This document shows positions 21,585-31,559 of a stretch of DNA of 64,000 nt, one piece after another; position 1 is the stretch's first letter; every line of letters begins with the position of its first letter. Source of the DNA: Armatimonadota bacterium (lineage in GTDB: Bacteria; Armatimonadota; UBA5829; DTLH01); assembly GCA_038207085.1 (NCBI GenBank), contig JBBRAE010000005.1, positions 91,347 to 155,346 of the forward strand, given 5' to 3'. The notes under the pieces were generated by a model that searched no databases, was not told where the DNA came from, and saw only the letters and a program-made list of their open reading frames with translations. The position numbers and the translations under genes were made by a program.

Positions 21585-21768
21585 GAGCGTGTCTGAGAAG
21601 TGTAGTGGCCGTCCGCCGTGACGGCCATCGGCTCCGAAGGAGCCGGAAAACGGTGGAATTTCGTGCCAATTGAGCGTTGATACGAGATTGCGCCGTAGGG
21701 CAGCGCCTACGGCGCTGATGGCCGGCACGGTGACCGGCCACTACAATTGGGATTTCTCAGACACGCTC
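21585..21768 (+). mobile_element. MITE family A, copy 1: GAGCGTGTCTGAGAA inverted repeats around a GTAG...CTAC hairpin core
   Basis: Perfect 15-bp TIRs flanked by TAA/TTA; related copies at 42389, 49450 and 52197. Confidence 0.85.
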
Positions 21769-21915
21769 TTAGCGACTGCACTCTCGACGGAGAGTGCGAT
21801 AGCCGCCGGGTGTAATGTACGCCCGGCACGACATACGCGACACTGCACGACAGCATTCGGACGATGTATCTGCTCTCCTATGATGGCGGCCACAGACAGG
21901 TTGTCCTTATGCTCA

Positions 21916-23052
21916 CTACCGGGCACGGACTTCGGCGTTGTAGTCATCCACAAGCTCACCCACAAACCGGATTCGCTCAATGTCACCCTGGCTCGACATT
22001 TCGTCCGATATTCCGAGGATCAGCTTGGGCGCGAAAAGAGAAATGGTTCTTTGGACGCACTCCCCGAGCACCTCAAGAGGAAACGTCTCGTCAAAGTAGA
22101 TCGCCGGGATGCCGTCGAGGAGCAATATATCGTCACCAAGCGCCTCCTTGACCTCCTCTATCGTCACATCACCCTGGGGTGCCGGGGTGATTGCCTCAAT
22201 GCCGTCGAGCCCAGAGACTCTTGCGTATTTCAGCAATGACTTAACGTCGCCGTCCCAGTGGGAGTGCACGAACTTTCCAGCCTTGTGAAGCTTCTCGCAG
22301 CGGTCAATATAGGCCGGGAGGACATACTCATCGTAGAGCATTGGGGAAAGCGTCGCGCAGTGCAGGTTGTCCCCGAAATTGATGATCTCAACCGGCGAAG
22401 AGTTGATCACCTCTATCAGCTTCAGGTGGTTTTCGTGCAGCACCTTGAAGTAGTCGTCGATAACACTTCCCCATTCGTAGATGGCGTAGACTCCTCGCTC
22501 GACGCCCATCGTGTCAATGTATAGGTTCTGTACGTTCACCCGCGGCATAAACATTGTCGGCGCTCCCAGATCGCCCACTTCCGCATGAAGGCATTCGTAT
22601 GAGTCCTTATCAAACCGCCAGTCCGAGTTCTCAAGGATCCATGTCGCTACCCGCATATCGTCCGGGGTCTCTATCCACTCCTTGTCGACAATCTGGGCCC
22701 AGCTGTTCTCGGTCCGCCTGACGACACGAGATATACTGCCCAAGGGAGTCTTCGCCTCGTAGGCAGTCCTAAACTCATCCAGTTCTCTGCTTGAGCAAAC
22801 TACTCCTGCCGATTCCTTCCCTTGAAAGCACGTATTGAACTGATACAGTCTGTCAGAGCATCCCAAGCTGCGGTACATGTCAGCCTGGGACGCACCCTCG
22901 TATCGTCCGACACCACGATTGTCCCATTTGCGGTCTTTCCACCAGCAGTCGACCCTCGGCTGCCAGATAATCATCCCATCAGAGCGTCCGTATGCTACAT
23001 CCAAATGTAGCTTCGCCAAATCCATGTTCTTGTGATCAGTATGCCGTTGCAA
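21916..23052 (-). CDS. Uroporphyrinogen decarboxylase (URO-D/MtaA)-like protein
   Basis: INFGDNL, LSP..Y.EY..P.Y, HSHWDG, GLDGIEAITPAPQGD, LLDGIP, ILGISDE. Confidence 0.8.
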   Translation of the reverse strand: MQRHTDHKNMDLAKLHLDVAYGRSDGMIIWQPRVDCWWKDRKWDNRGVGRYEGASQADMYRSLGCSDRLYQFNTCFQGKESAGVVCSSRELDEFRTAYEAKTPLGSISRVVRRTENSWAQIVDKEWIETPDDMRVATWILENSDWRFDKDSYECLHAEVGDLGAPTMFMPRVNVQNLYIDTMGVERGVYAIYEWGSVIDDYFKVLHENHLKLIEVINSSPVEIINFGDNLHCATLSPMLYDEYVLPAYIDRCEKLHKAGKFVHSHWDGDVKSLLKYARVSGLDGIEAITPAPQGDVTIEEVKEALGDDILLLDGIPAIYFDETFPLEVLGECVQRTISLFAPKLILGISDEMSSQGDIERIRFVGELVDDYNAEVRAR

Positions 23053-23307
23053 CGTTCATTCTCCTTATGGTCTGCATCGCAATTATCGCAGTCACGCAGA
23101 GGGCGTGACTAACTTACCTATGCCCACTATTCGGAGCGACCTGTCATCCTAAGGGGCAGTTTTCCACCCCGGTGCATATTAGCATATCAGTATATCGACT
23201 TTTCCTTAAGTATTGTTCACCGGTTGCATTGCGTATCGTCCGGGGTTCGACTCGTGATATACTTTACATCTTGGCGCTAGATCGCTATAAATTAGGTTGG
23301 AGGGAGA

Positions 23308-24198
23308 ATGAGCGAGCCGTTTGTTAGTGTAGTATTGCCTGTTTGGAATGGGGAAAGGTTCGTGCGCGAGGCGATCGATAGCCTCCTTGCGCAGACATAT
23401 ACCGAGTATGAGGCGATTCTGATCGATGACGCTTCTACAGACGCTACAGGGGAGATTCTGCAGTCGTACGCGTCCGATAGCAGGTTTCGCGTTATCCACA
23501 GAACCCAGAACGGTGGCTGCAGCGCGGGGCGCAACGATGCAATCGCCATCGCCCGGGGAGAGTGGATCGCGTTCATTGACGCCGACGATAAATGGATGCC
23601 TGACAAGCTCCAAAAACAGGTGGAGCTGATCAAGAGCGAGCCCAACGTTCGGCTGGTCTTCACAAACGGCCTCACCTGCCAGGAGTCGGGGGAGCTCGTG
23701 CCATTCTACAGCAGACCCAAGCGATTTCCCGACGGTGATGTGTTTTTGAAACTTCTGCGCAGCGACCGGTTTTTCACGAGTTCCGTGATGGTGCGGCGGC
23801 AGGATGTGATCGACTGCGGGTGGTTCCGGATTGATTTGGCGCGCGCAGAGGACTACGACCTGTGGATCCGACTCTTTGAAATTGGTGGCAAAGCCGCTGG
23901 GGTGTGGGACCGAGTGACATGGTTCCGCGAGCGACCCGACAGCATGAGCAAAAGCCGTGTGCTGGTGTGGGAATCGATTATCCGTATTTTTGAGGACGCG
24001 TTCGCCCGCTCCACAAGCCCGCGCGCCCGGTGGACCCTCCGCGGATCGCTCGCCGAGGTGAGGAGCAAGCGTCACTCGGCGCGGGCGGAGGCGATGCTAT
24101 CGGGTAGCATCGAGGGGTCGGCGCGGTGGGAATTTTTGCTGTCATGGTTGGCCTGCCCTCGGAGGTTGAGGGGGATTTGGAGGGCGATGTTTTTGTGA
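23308..24198 (+). CDS. Glycosyltransferase family 2
   Basis: VSVVLPVWN, IDDASTD, RNDAI, FIDADD, EDYDLW. Confidence 0.92.
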   Translation: MSEPFVSVVLPVWNGERFVREAIDSLLAQTYTEYEAILIDDASTDATGEILQSYASDSRFRVIHRTQNGGCSAGRNDAIAIARGEWIAFIDADDKWMPDKLQKQVELIKSEPNVRLVFTNGLTCQESGELVPFYSRPKRFPDGDVFLKLLRSDRFFTSSVMVRRQDVIDCGWFRIDLARAEDYDLWIRLFEIGGKAAGVWDRVTWFRERPDSMSKSRVLVWESIIRIFEDAFARSTSPRARWTLRGSLAEVRSKRHSARAEAMLSGSIEGSARWEFLLSWLACPRRLRGIWRAMFL

Positions 24199-24262
24199 GT
24201 GGTCGCGGGGTGCGATGTGCTTTGGGACGGAAAAGCGTGTCCCGAAGCATAGGAAATGCGTA

Positions 24263-24425
24263 TCGTTACTCCTGGCTGCATTATACCAGATCATCGGGCG
24301 GGTCACATCCCCTTCCTCTCTTGCAAAAATGGGGAATCCGAACCACAAGCGAGATAGACGACGAAAGGTGCGCACTTGCTCTTCATGCCAAAGAGCAGCA
24401 TTAGTACGAAACAGGGTCGTCGATA
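24263..24425 (-). repeat. Family E ~164-bp duplicated segment, copy 1
   Basis: About 90% identical by eye to 55227-55390; includes the GNAT gene's last codons. Confidence 0.85.
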
Positions 24426-24940
24426 AGCCCCAGTGCCTCAATATCTTTGATCGTCTTGTAAAGGTGCAGCGGGCCGGTGGTGAGTTCTTCGAAGTCGTAA
24501 TTTTGGTAGAAGGCGGCCGCCTGTTCGTCGAGAGCATCGACTACAAGCGCGTGGATACCGACTCTCTTAGACAGCAGGAGAGCGCTCCTTTGCGCGTGGA
24601 AGAGAAGTCGCAGGCCGATCTTCTGGCCCTTGTACCTGTTATCCACCGCAAGCCGTCCAAGCAAGACAACGGGGACCTTGTTTATCGACGGCTTGCCGGG
24701 CACATCCTCGGGTTGAAGAGCGCTCGTAGAGAGAGTGTAGTAGCCGATGATCTGCGGAGATCCCGGCTCGGAGACGGCTACCCAGACCTGTGCGTAGCCC
24801 TTTTCCATATGCTGCCGCGCTGTGAACTTGAGATAGTCGTTTAGGCTGGGCTCTCCGCAATCGAAGTTACGTCTGTCATGAACTGTCTTGTCCAGATGCT
24901 CGATAACGAGAGGTGTCGGAGCTATGGGCGTCTCTACCAT
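24401..24940 (-). CDS. GNAT acetyltransferase toxin (TacT/AtaT-like)
   Basis: FDCGEPSLNDYL, GYYTLS, LLGRLAVD..YKGQKIG, VDAL...A.AFY. Confidence 0.92.
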   Translation of the reverse strand: MVETPIAPTPLVIEHLDKTVHDRRNFDCGEPSLNDYLKFTARQHMEKGYAQVWVAVSEPGSPQIIGYYTLSTSALQPEDVPGKPSINKVPVVLLGRLAVDNRYKGQKIGLRLLFHAQRSALLLSKRVGIHALVVDALDEQAAAFYQNYDFEELTTGPLHLYKTIKDIEALGLIDDPVSY

Positions 24941-25236
24941 ACCTGCCTGTCGCCTTCATCGCGGCCCTGCTTGAACAGCTCAACTGCCTTCTTAGTGGCC
25001 TCGCTCGGTTCACGCGCGGGCCGGTCAAGGGACGCAGTGAAGTTATCCCACTCGCTCTTGGTGAGCCGGATGATCGGTTCCTCTCGCACCACTTCGGATG
25101 CGGCGGACACCAGGGCATGGACGATGAAATCGGACAGAGTGAACCCGGATGTCCTCGCAGCTTGTTCGATCAGCTGTTTGTGCTCAGGGGACACCCTGCA
25201 ACTCAAGCTCCCAGATTTTGTGCGTGCTACTGACAT
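24934..25236 (-). CDS. DUF1778 RHH antitoxin (TacA/AtaR-like)
   Basis: L..RVSPEHK.LIEQAA...G.TLSDFI...A; I.L....W..F...LD.P. Confidence 0.9.
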   Translation of the reverse strand: MSVARTKSGSLSCRVSPEHKQLIEQAARTSGFTLSDFIVHALVSAASEVVREEPIIRLTKSEWDNFTASLDRPAREPSEATKKAVELFKQGRDEGDRQVW

Positions 25237-25257
25237 TGCCTATTTCCCTCCATGCGT

Positions 25258-25275
25258 AGTATACCATGGTGTACT
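25258..25275 (-). promoter_or_regulatory. Palindromic operator over the -10 of the DUF1778-GNAT operon
   Basis: AGTATACCA/TGGTGTACT (8/9 match) containing minus-strand TATACT. Confidence 0.5.
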
Positions 25276-25632
25276 GCAGGTGTCACACATCATCGCGTGA
25301 CGAAGAAGCAATAAAGGATATTGGCCACTGTCACTGTTCACGGGGCTTTGGCGAAAAGGGCGACAAAGAATTCAAATAGCCCTGCGGATCATTCACGAAC
25401 CGAAACGACAAGTTACGCCGTCCTCAAACAAGACAGTCTGTACCTCGTCATGTGATGCCTTGGTGGGATCCTGTCCCAATAGTTGCACAGCGCATCCACG
25501 GGAGATTATATAGAATGTATACTGCCAGATTGCCATTAGTGGACTTTTAGAAAAAGGTGACAGACACCTTTTTGTAGAGCCGTCGATCTACCGTCTTAGA
25601 TTCTTAGTATCTCCATAGCCCAACATGCTCAG

Positions 25633-25681
25633 GCGGGTCACAGACCCGCAAAGACGGGACCTGGATTGCAAATCCAGGTCC
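25633..25681. repeat. Family C solo hairpins
   Basis: GCGGGTCACAGACCCGC and GGACCTGGATTGCAAATCCAGGTCC; same loop cores as 11307 and 50397. Confidence 0.6.
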
Positions 25682-25694
25682 ATCGTATCGTGTG

Positions 25695-26771
25695 TTACAC
25701 CTTAAACCGAACGTACATAATATCGCCGTCCTGCACGATGTAGTCTTTCATATAGAGCTCGACTTTGTTTGCGCGCTTGGCTTCGTCCCAGCCTCCGGTG
25801 GCTTTTACGTCGGCGAAGTGGCCGATCTCGGCGCGGATGAAGCCTCGGGCGAGGTCGCTGTGGATCTTACCTGCGGCGTCTACTACAATCGTGCCGTCGG
25901 GGATGCTGTAGGCCTTTACCTCAGGCTCGCCTGCGGTGTAGAAGCTGATCAAGCCCAGGCGGCGGTAGGTCTCCCGGACCAGAAGGTCGCGTGCGGGGAC
26001 CTCAAGGCCGAGAGCTTCCAAATACTCTTTCTGCTCCGCTTCGGGGAGTTCGCCTACTTCGGCCTCAACTCTGGCCGACAGAACCGTCATCGAGAGCCCG
26101 GCATCCTCGCAGTAGGCTCGCAGTTCGGCGAGGGCGGGGGTGTCGGAGCCGATCGTGTCCTCGGTGATGTTGGCGACGATGATCTGGGGCTTCATGCTCA
26201 TAAAATCATAGCCGTGGACGAGCTTATCCTGGTCGGGAGTCAGGCTCAAGGTCTGGGGGAGCAGGCCGTTTTCGAACGTGTCACGCAGCGCAGTAAGCAG
26301 GTCGCGCTCCATCGTCTGAGGAGTGCTTGCGTCCTTCTTGGTGCCGTGAAGCGACTTTTCAATGCGAGTAATGCGGCTTTCGACAGACTGAAGGTCGGCG
26401 AGCATAAGCTCCTCGGTCAGGTCGCGGGCGTCCTTGGCCGGGGTCGGCGCGTCCCCTGAGAGGCTCTCAAAGGTGCGAACGATGTGAAGCAGGGCGTCAA
26501 CCTGGCGCACGTCCTCGAAGAAGTCCGAGCCGAACTTGCCGCGGGTGTCCGCGCCGATCTTTGCGCCGCCGTCGATGAACTCGATCGTCGCGGGGGTGAT
26601 CTTCTTTGGGTGGTTGGTCTCGATCAACCAGTCCATCCGCTCGTCAGGCACCGCGACGACCCCAATGTTCGCCTTGCCACCGTACTCGTCTATGGGGGCC
26701 TGGCCCTGAGTTATCGCCCGAAAAAGGGTCGTCTTACCGGACTGCTGGAGCCCGACTATTCCTACTTTCAC
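25695..26771 (-). CDS. ychF: Obg-family ATPase YchF
   Basis: KVGIVGL..SGKTT, PDERMD, G..F...R.VDA, LISFYTAGE.EV, AAGKIHSD..RGFIRAE, VQDGD. Confidence 0.93.
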   Translation of the reverse strand: MKVGIVGLQQSGKTTLFRAITQGQAPIDEYGGKANIGVVAVPDERMDWLIETNHPKKITPATIEFIDGGAKIGADTRGKFGSDFFEDVRQVDALLHIVRTFESLSGDAPTPAKDARDLTEELMLADLQSVESRITRIEKSLHGTKKDASTPQTMERDLLTALRDTFENGLLPQTLSLTPDQDKLVHGYDFMSMKPQIIVANITEDTIGSDTPALAELRAYCEDAGLSMTVLSARVEAEVGELPEAEQKEYLEALGLEVPARDLLVRETYRRLGLISFYTAGEPEVKAYSIPDGTIVVDAAGKIHSDLARGFIRAEIGHFADVKATGGWDEAKRANKVELYMKDYIVQDGDIMYVRFKV

Positions 26772-26809
26772 TTGTCCTCACCTCCTACGTGAACGGCGTC
26801 TTTTACCGT

Positions 26810-27661
26810 TTACGTTCCTATGTAAATAAGCATGTTGTCTATAAGTCTGGTTTTGCCGAACTTTACGGCAAGCGCGGCGAGTGCGCCGCCTTCGATTGTC
26901 TCAATCGGTTCGAGCGTCTCAGGGTGGACTACCGCCACATAGTCTATCACAGCCAAGTGTTCAGCCTCGATGCGATCTATCATCGCCTGGCGGATCGCCT
27001 CGGCGTCGGTCTCACCCGACCACGCCTGATCCCGAGCGTCCGAAAGCGCCTTGTAGAGCACGAGCGCGGCCTCCCTTTCCTCGGGGGACAGGTAGGCGTT
27101 GCGGCTCGACATCGCAAGTCCGCCATCTTCGCGCACGGTGGGAACCGGGACGATCTCAAGCTTGACGTTCATGTCCCGAACCATCTTCTCGATGACTTTC
27201 AGCTGCTGGTAGTCCTTCATCCCAAAGTAGGCCTGGTTCGGCTCGACTGCGGCGAAGAGCTTCAGGACGATTGTCGCGACGCCTCTGAAATGCCCCGGAC
27301 GAAACTCGCCTTCGAGCTTGTCTGTAAGCCCCTCAACATCCACAAACGTGCCGAAACCCTGGGGGTACATCACCTCGGGAGTCGGGGCGAAGATCATATC
27401 GACCTCAGCCGCGCGGCACTTCTCGATGTCGTCCTCAATCGGCCTCGGGTAACGTGTAAAGTCCTCCCCTGGGCCAAACTGCGTCGGGTTGACGAAGATG
27501 CTGACGACCACGAGGCCGTTTCGCTTCTTCGCCTCCCGGACGAGCGTGAGGTGCCCCTCGTGGAGCGCCCCCATCGTTGGGATAAGGCCGACGGTCTTGC
27601 CGTGTCGCTTTATCTGCGGGATCAGCATCCGCAGGTCTTCGATTGTCTCAACTATTTGCAC
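26810..27661 (-). CDS. panC: Pantoate--beta-alanine ligase
   Basis: PTMGALHEGH, SIFVNPTQF, RPGHFRGV, FGMKDYQQ, GLAMSSRN, RLIDN. Confidence 0.98.
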   Translation of the reverse strand: MQIVETIEDLRMLIPQIKRHGKTVGLIPTMGALHEGHLTLVREAKKRNGLVVVSIFVNPTQFGPGEDFTRYPRPIEDDIEKCRAAEVDMIFAPTPEVMYPQGFGTFVDVEGLTDKLEGEFRPGHFRGVATIVLKLFAAVEPNQAYFGMKDYQQLKVIEKMVRDMNVKLEIVPVPTVREDGGLAMSSRNAYLSPEEREAALVLYKALSDARDQAWSGETDAEAIRQAMIDRIEAEHLAVIDYVAVVHPETLEPIETIEGGALAALAVKFGKTRLIDNMLIYIGT

Positions 27662-28968
27662 GTGTTAATCAACTCTTTGTAGTAGTAGTAACTGTCCTTG
27701 GGGATCCGCCGACAGTCGTTATCGTAGTCCGTATATATGATTCCAAAGCGCTTGGAGTAACCAAACGCCCACTCGAAGTTGTCTAAAAGCGACCAGGCGA
27801 AGTAGCCCTTGATCGGGAGCCCATCGTCAGCGGCGCGCTCAAGCTCTGCGTGGTAGCGCTTCAGGAACGAGACTCGCTCTTTGTCGTGGACGAGTCCGTC
27901 GTCTGCGATCTTGTCGTCGTAGGCCGCGCCGTTTTCGGCGATGAAAACCTTTTTCGGCGAGTAAATGCGCGAAAGGCGTTCGATGGCGGAGTAGATCGCC
28001 TTCGGTCTTACGGGCCAGCCCATGAATGTGACTTCGGTGCTCTCGTCGTTTGGAACCTCAGTCTTATCGGCGCGGGTCAGCGCCGCTGAGTAGATGTTCA
28101 GTCCGATGAAATCGGTCGGGCTTGATATGATCTCCATGTCGCCGGGTTCGATGTCGGGCCGGGCGTCTTCAAGGTCGCTCCATGTTCCCTCGGGGTAGAC
28201 GGCTTTGTACATTGGGTCGAGCCACCAGCCGTTATCTTTGATGTAACGGGCGTGTGCGGCGGCCTCGTCCTCGGGGGAGTCAGTTGCGGGCAGGAAGGTG
28301 AAAGTGTTAAGCACTATTCCCACCTCAACGCCCGGTGCGCCGTTTGCCCGAACTGCCTGCACTCCAAGCCCGTGGGCGAGCAGGAGGTGATGGATGACCT
28401 GAGCGATGACCTTGGGGCTCTCCTTGCGGCCCGGCGCGAAGTAGCCGGTGTTGTAGCCCAAGAACGCCGTGCACCAGGGCTCGTTCAGGGTGAACCAGTT
28501 CTCGACCTGGTCGGACAATGCCGAGACGACCGTGTTCGCATACTCACCAAAGAGCATCGGAATCTCGCGCGACGCCCACCCGCCCCGCTCTTCCAAGACC
28601 TGAGGCAGGTCCCAGTGGTAAAGCGTCGGGAACGGCTTGATCCCGGCTGTGAGGAGTTCGTCGTTAAGTCTTCTATAAAAGTCGAGCCCGGCCTGGTTCA
28701 GCTTGCCGCCGCCTTCGGGAAAGATGCGCGGCCAGGCGACCGAGTAGCGATAGTACTCTATCCCAAGCTCTTTCATAAGCTGCACATCTTCTTTGTATTT
28801 ATGATAATGGTCGCACGCGACGTCGCCGGTGTGGCCTTCGAACACGCATCCCTCTGTGCGGCAGAAGCGGTCCCAGTTGGCCTCACCGCGCCCGTCTTCC
28901 CACGCGCCGCCTTCGATTTGATAGGACGCCGTGGCAGCGCCCCAGATAAAGTCTTTCGGAAATGGCAT
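27652..28968 (-). CDS. GH1 beta-glucosidase
   Basis: WGAATASYQIEG, TLNEP (acid/base), IAENG (nucleophile), WSLLDNFEWAFGY. Confidence 0.96.
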   Translation of the reverse strand: MPFPKDFIWGAATASYQIEGGAWEDGRGEANWDRFCRTEGCVFEGHTGDVACDHYHKYKEDVQLMKELGIEYYRYSVAWPRIFPEGGGKLNQAGLDFYRRLNDELLTAGIKPFPTLYHWDLPQVLEERGGWASREIPMLFGEYANTVVSALSDQVENWFTLNEPWCTAFLGYNTGYFAPGRKESPKVIAQVIHHLLLAHGLGVQAVRANGAPGVEVGIVLNTFTFLPATDSPEDEAAAHARYIKDNGWWLDPMYKAVYPEGTWSDLEDARPDIEPGDMEIISSPTDFIGLNIYSAALTRADKTEVPNDESTEVTFMGWPVRPKAIYSAIERLSRIYSPKKVFIAENGAAYDDKIADDGLVHDKERVSFLKRYHAELERAADDGLPIKGYFAWSLLDNFEWAFGYSKRFGIIYTDYDNDCRRIPKDSYYYYKELINTCK

Positions 28969-29067
28969 TTTCTTACTCCTTAGCCCGCTTTATTCGTGAA
29001 GCGAATAAAGCTTTCGCTAACAGAGCATTATTCACGCTACTCGTGAATAATGCCGGTTAGCTCTGAG

Positions 29068-30534
29068 TCATTTCTTCTTCTGCTCCGGAACGATCTTCGG
29101 CAGCTCCAGCGGCATTCGCAGGTCAAGCGGAGAGAGCGTTTCGATCGCTTTTGACCAGCCGTCTGAAGATTTTTCTACCCGCTTTGCCGTGTCCTCGCTG
29201 TAGAGCGTTACGGCCTCTATGTTGGTCTTGGCCTTCTTCGCGTCGCCTGTGACAGTGTAGGCCTGGGCGAGGACCAGATATGGGAGATAACCCTTGTATT
29301 TGGCGTCGATGGCCTTCTCGGCTGCGTCTATCGCGGCTTTTTGGTCGCCGAGACGAAGCTTTGCGAGCGACAGGCGGACCTGGGCTTCGGCGTAATTGGG
29401 CTGGGCCTTGGTGACCTTTTCAAAGTCTGCGGCGGCAGCCTTGTAGTCGCCCTGGAAGTAACGCATTGTCCCGGTTCCAGTATCGGCAAGCCACTGGGCG
29501 ACCTTGGCGAGGTCGCGGTAGTCTTTTTCGGCCCTGGCATAGTCACCCGATGCGGCAAGCGCGTGGGCTCGGTACATTTTCACTATCTGCTCGCCCGGGT
29601 AGTGCGCGAGGTACTCGTCGAACCGGCGCGCGGCAAGCGCGGGGTCGGGCCGGCCGTCGCGCTCGTAGGCCTGGAAACCCTGGTCGACGGGGGTGATCGG
29701 GTCATGGGCAAGCGTCCAGCTGGTGAAGAGGCTCATTCCGATGACACCGGCAACCGCGAGCACCACGAATACGCCACGAAGCGAGGGGAACTCGCCACGA
29801 GTGATCTTGGGCCAGAAGGCGGCAGCGCCGATGAGCGCGAGCACGGCCATCCAAGCGCCAGCGATGTTCACAGGCACAAACGTCGCCTGCAGGATGATCT
29901 CAGACGGGATGCTGGGGTGGCTCATCTGCACGTAGGTCTGCCCGGCCTTTAGCGCGATGATGTTCGGCGCAAACGGGGAGATTCCAGCCGTCACAAGCAC
30001 CGCTAGGACGTAGGTCGCCGCCGTGTTCATCGGGGTCAGCTTGTGGACGTGGCGCAGGCCCATTATCGCGATCACTGCACCAAGGAGCGGCCCCGAAATC
30101 GCGATCGGCCCAGCCTTGGGGAGGAACCCAATAAGCAGAAAGATCAGCACTATAACGTTAGACCATCCAAGCACCGTCAATGTATCGACAAACGAGCCTT
30201 CGGAGCGGGCGAACTTAACCGCCATCCACTGAAAGAGCATCGCCGTAAGCGTGACCGTGCCAATCGCCGTCACCATGTTGCTCGTCCCAAGCGTGAAACC
30301 GGCGTCGAGCGGGCTGGAACTGCGCATCAGGAGAGCGGCGACCATATACGCGAGGCCGAGAAGCGCAGTCACCAGCAGGCCCGAACCGAGCATTCTGCGG
30401 CGGGTGAGCTCCAGAAACGCGTGTTTCGGCGCGTAGATGGTGCCGAGCGCGAGCTGCCAGACGGGCGAATCGACCGTTTGGACCTCTACCGGCTCCGGTG
30501 TCTGAATTTCTTCGGGTTTCTTCTTTTTGCTCAA
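29068..30534 (-). CDS. YIP1-like multi-TM membrane protein with C-terminal TPR repeats
   Basis: Start TTG 30534 (MSKKKK) coupled to aroF; several TM helices, then TPR-like helices (GTMRYFQGDYKAAAADFEK). Confidence 0.75.
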   Translation of the reverse strand: MSKKKKPEEIQTPEPVEVQTVDSPVWQLALGTIYAPKHAFLELTRRRMLGSGLLVTALLGLAYMVAALLMRSSSPLDAGFTLGTSNMVTAIGTVTLTAMLFQWMAVKFARSEGSFVDTLTVLGWSNVIVLIFLLIGFLPKAGPIAISGPLLGAVIAIMGLRHVHKLTPMNTAATYVLAVLVTAGISPFAPNIIALKAGQTYVQMSHPSIPSEIILQATFVPVNIAGAWMAVLALIGAAAFWPKITRGEFPSLRGVFVVLAVAGVIGMSLFTSWTLAHDPITPVDQGFQAYERDGRPDPALAARRFDEYLAHYPGEQIVKMYRAHALAASGDYARAEKDYRDLAKVAQWLADTGTGTMRYFQGDYKAAAADFEKVTKAQPNYAEAQVRLSLAKLRLGDQKAAIDAAEKAIDAKYKGYLPYLVLAQAYTVTGDAKKAKTNIEAVTLYSEDTAKRVEKSSDGWSKAIETLSPLDLRMPLELPKIVPEQKKK

Positions 30535-30536
30535 AA

Positions 30537-31559
30537 CTAGGCCTTCCTGTCTACTGCTTCGGCGATGCGGCCGATCTGGGTCATCAGCTCGGCGAACTTG
30601 CCGGGCTTCAGTGACTGCGGGCCGTCGCTCATAGCATGTGCGGGGTCGTTGTGGACCTCGATCAACAGACCGTCGGCTCCGGCGGCGATTGCGGCGCGGG
30701 CTATCGCCCCAACATATCTCCAGTCGCCGGTCGCGTGGCTTGGATCGACGACGACGGGCAGGTGCGTCCACTGCTTGAGGACGGGGATCGCGTTGATGTC
30801 TGTAGTGTTGCGGCAGGAGTCTTCAAAAGTGGTGATTCCACGCTCGCAGAGAATGACGTCGGCGTTTCCTTCAGCCATGATATACTCAGCCGACATCAGC
30901 AGGTCACGGACCTTGCTTCCCAAGCCTCGCTTCAGGACGACGGGCTTTCCGGCGGCCCCGACGCGCTTCAGGAGCGCATAGTTCTGCATATTTCGCGTGC
31001 CGATCTGCAGCACGTCGGCGTAACTTGCGACGAGATCGACTTCGTGGGTATCCATAACTTCGGTGACGATCGGCAGGCCGGTCTTCTCTCGCACCTTGGC
31101 AAGGATCTTTAGTCCCTCCTCGCCGAGCCCCTGAAATGCGTAGGGCGAAGTGCGGGGTTTGAACGCTCCTCCCCGGAACAGGTCTGCGCCGGCGGGCTTC
31201 ACTTCTTCCGCGATCGCTATGGTCTGCGCCTCAGCCTCGACGCTGCAAGGGCCTGCGGCTACGACGATCTTTTTTCCGCCGATTTCAACGTCCCCGACGC
31301 GCACCACGCTGTTTTCGGGGTGATAGGACCGCGACGCAAGCTTCCAAAGCTCGGAAATGAGTTCGACACGGGAAACCCCGCGCATCGTCGCAAAGTGCTC
31401 GACGAGGTCCGCCTTGCGCACGTCCACTTCGCCCAGCACCGCGATGACTTTGCGCTCGACACCGGGATTAATAAACGGCCGAAGGCCAATTCGCTCGATT
31501 TCCTGCTCAACTTCGCGCACTTCTTCAGGCGCGGCATGGAGGTCCATGATAATAATCAA
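30537..31559 (-). CDS. aroF: DAHP synthase (type I-beta, N-terminal regulatory domain)
   Basis: [51 protein letters not shown]; start TTG 31559 after AAGGAG. Confidence 0.95.
   Translation of the reverse strand: MIIIMDLHAAPEEVREVEQEIERIGLRPFINPGVERKVIAVLGEVDVRKADLVEHFATMRGVSRVELISELWKLASRSYHPENSVVRVGDVEIGGKKIVVAAGPCSVEAEAQTIAIAEEVKPAGADLFRGGAFKPRTSPYAFQGLGEEGLKILAKVREKTGLPIVTEVMDTHEVDLVASYADVLQIGTRNMQNYALLKRVGAAGKPVVLKRGLGSKVRDLLMSAEYIMAEGNADVILCERGITTFEDSCRNTTDINAIPVLKQWTHLPVVVDPSHATGDWRYVGAIARAAIAAGADGLLIEVHNDPAHAMSDGPQSLKPGKFAELMTQIGRIAEAVDRKA

Noticed and set aside
21504-22239. Short ORFs over MITE copy 1 (likewise 42422-42855, 52098-52445, 11270-11562)
   Set aside because: Translations of palindromic repeats, not genes.
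23240-23256. GGTTCGACTC tRNA T-loop-like word
   Set aside because: No T-stem, anticodon arm or acceptor stem.
24263-24425. Integron attC site after the GNAT gene
   Set aside because: No RYYYAAC/GTTRRRY ends and no integrase.
25300-25620. Possible gene remnant between ychF and the DUF1778 gene
   Set aside because: Only short frames with no recognisable homology; too weak to call.
26606-27682. 358-aa plus-strand ORF and similar long ORFs (2471-3673, 12267-13226, 42892-43800, 50954-52087, 58537-59514)
   Set aside because: Antisense shadows of well-supported genes in GC-rich DNA; no motifs.
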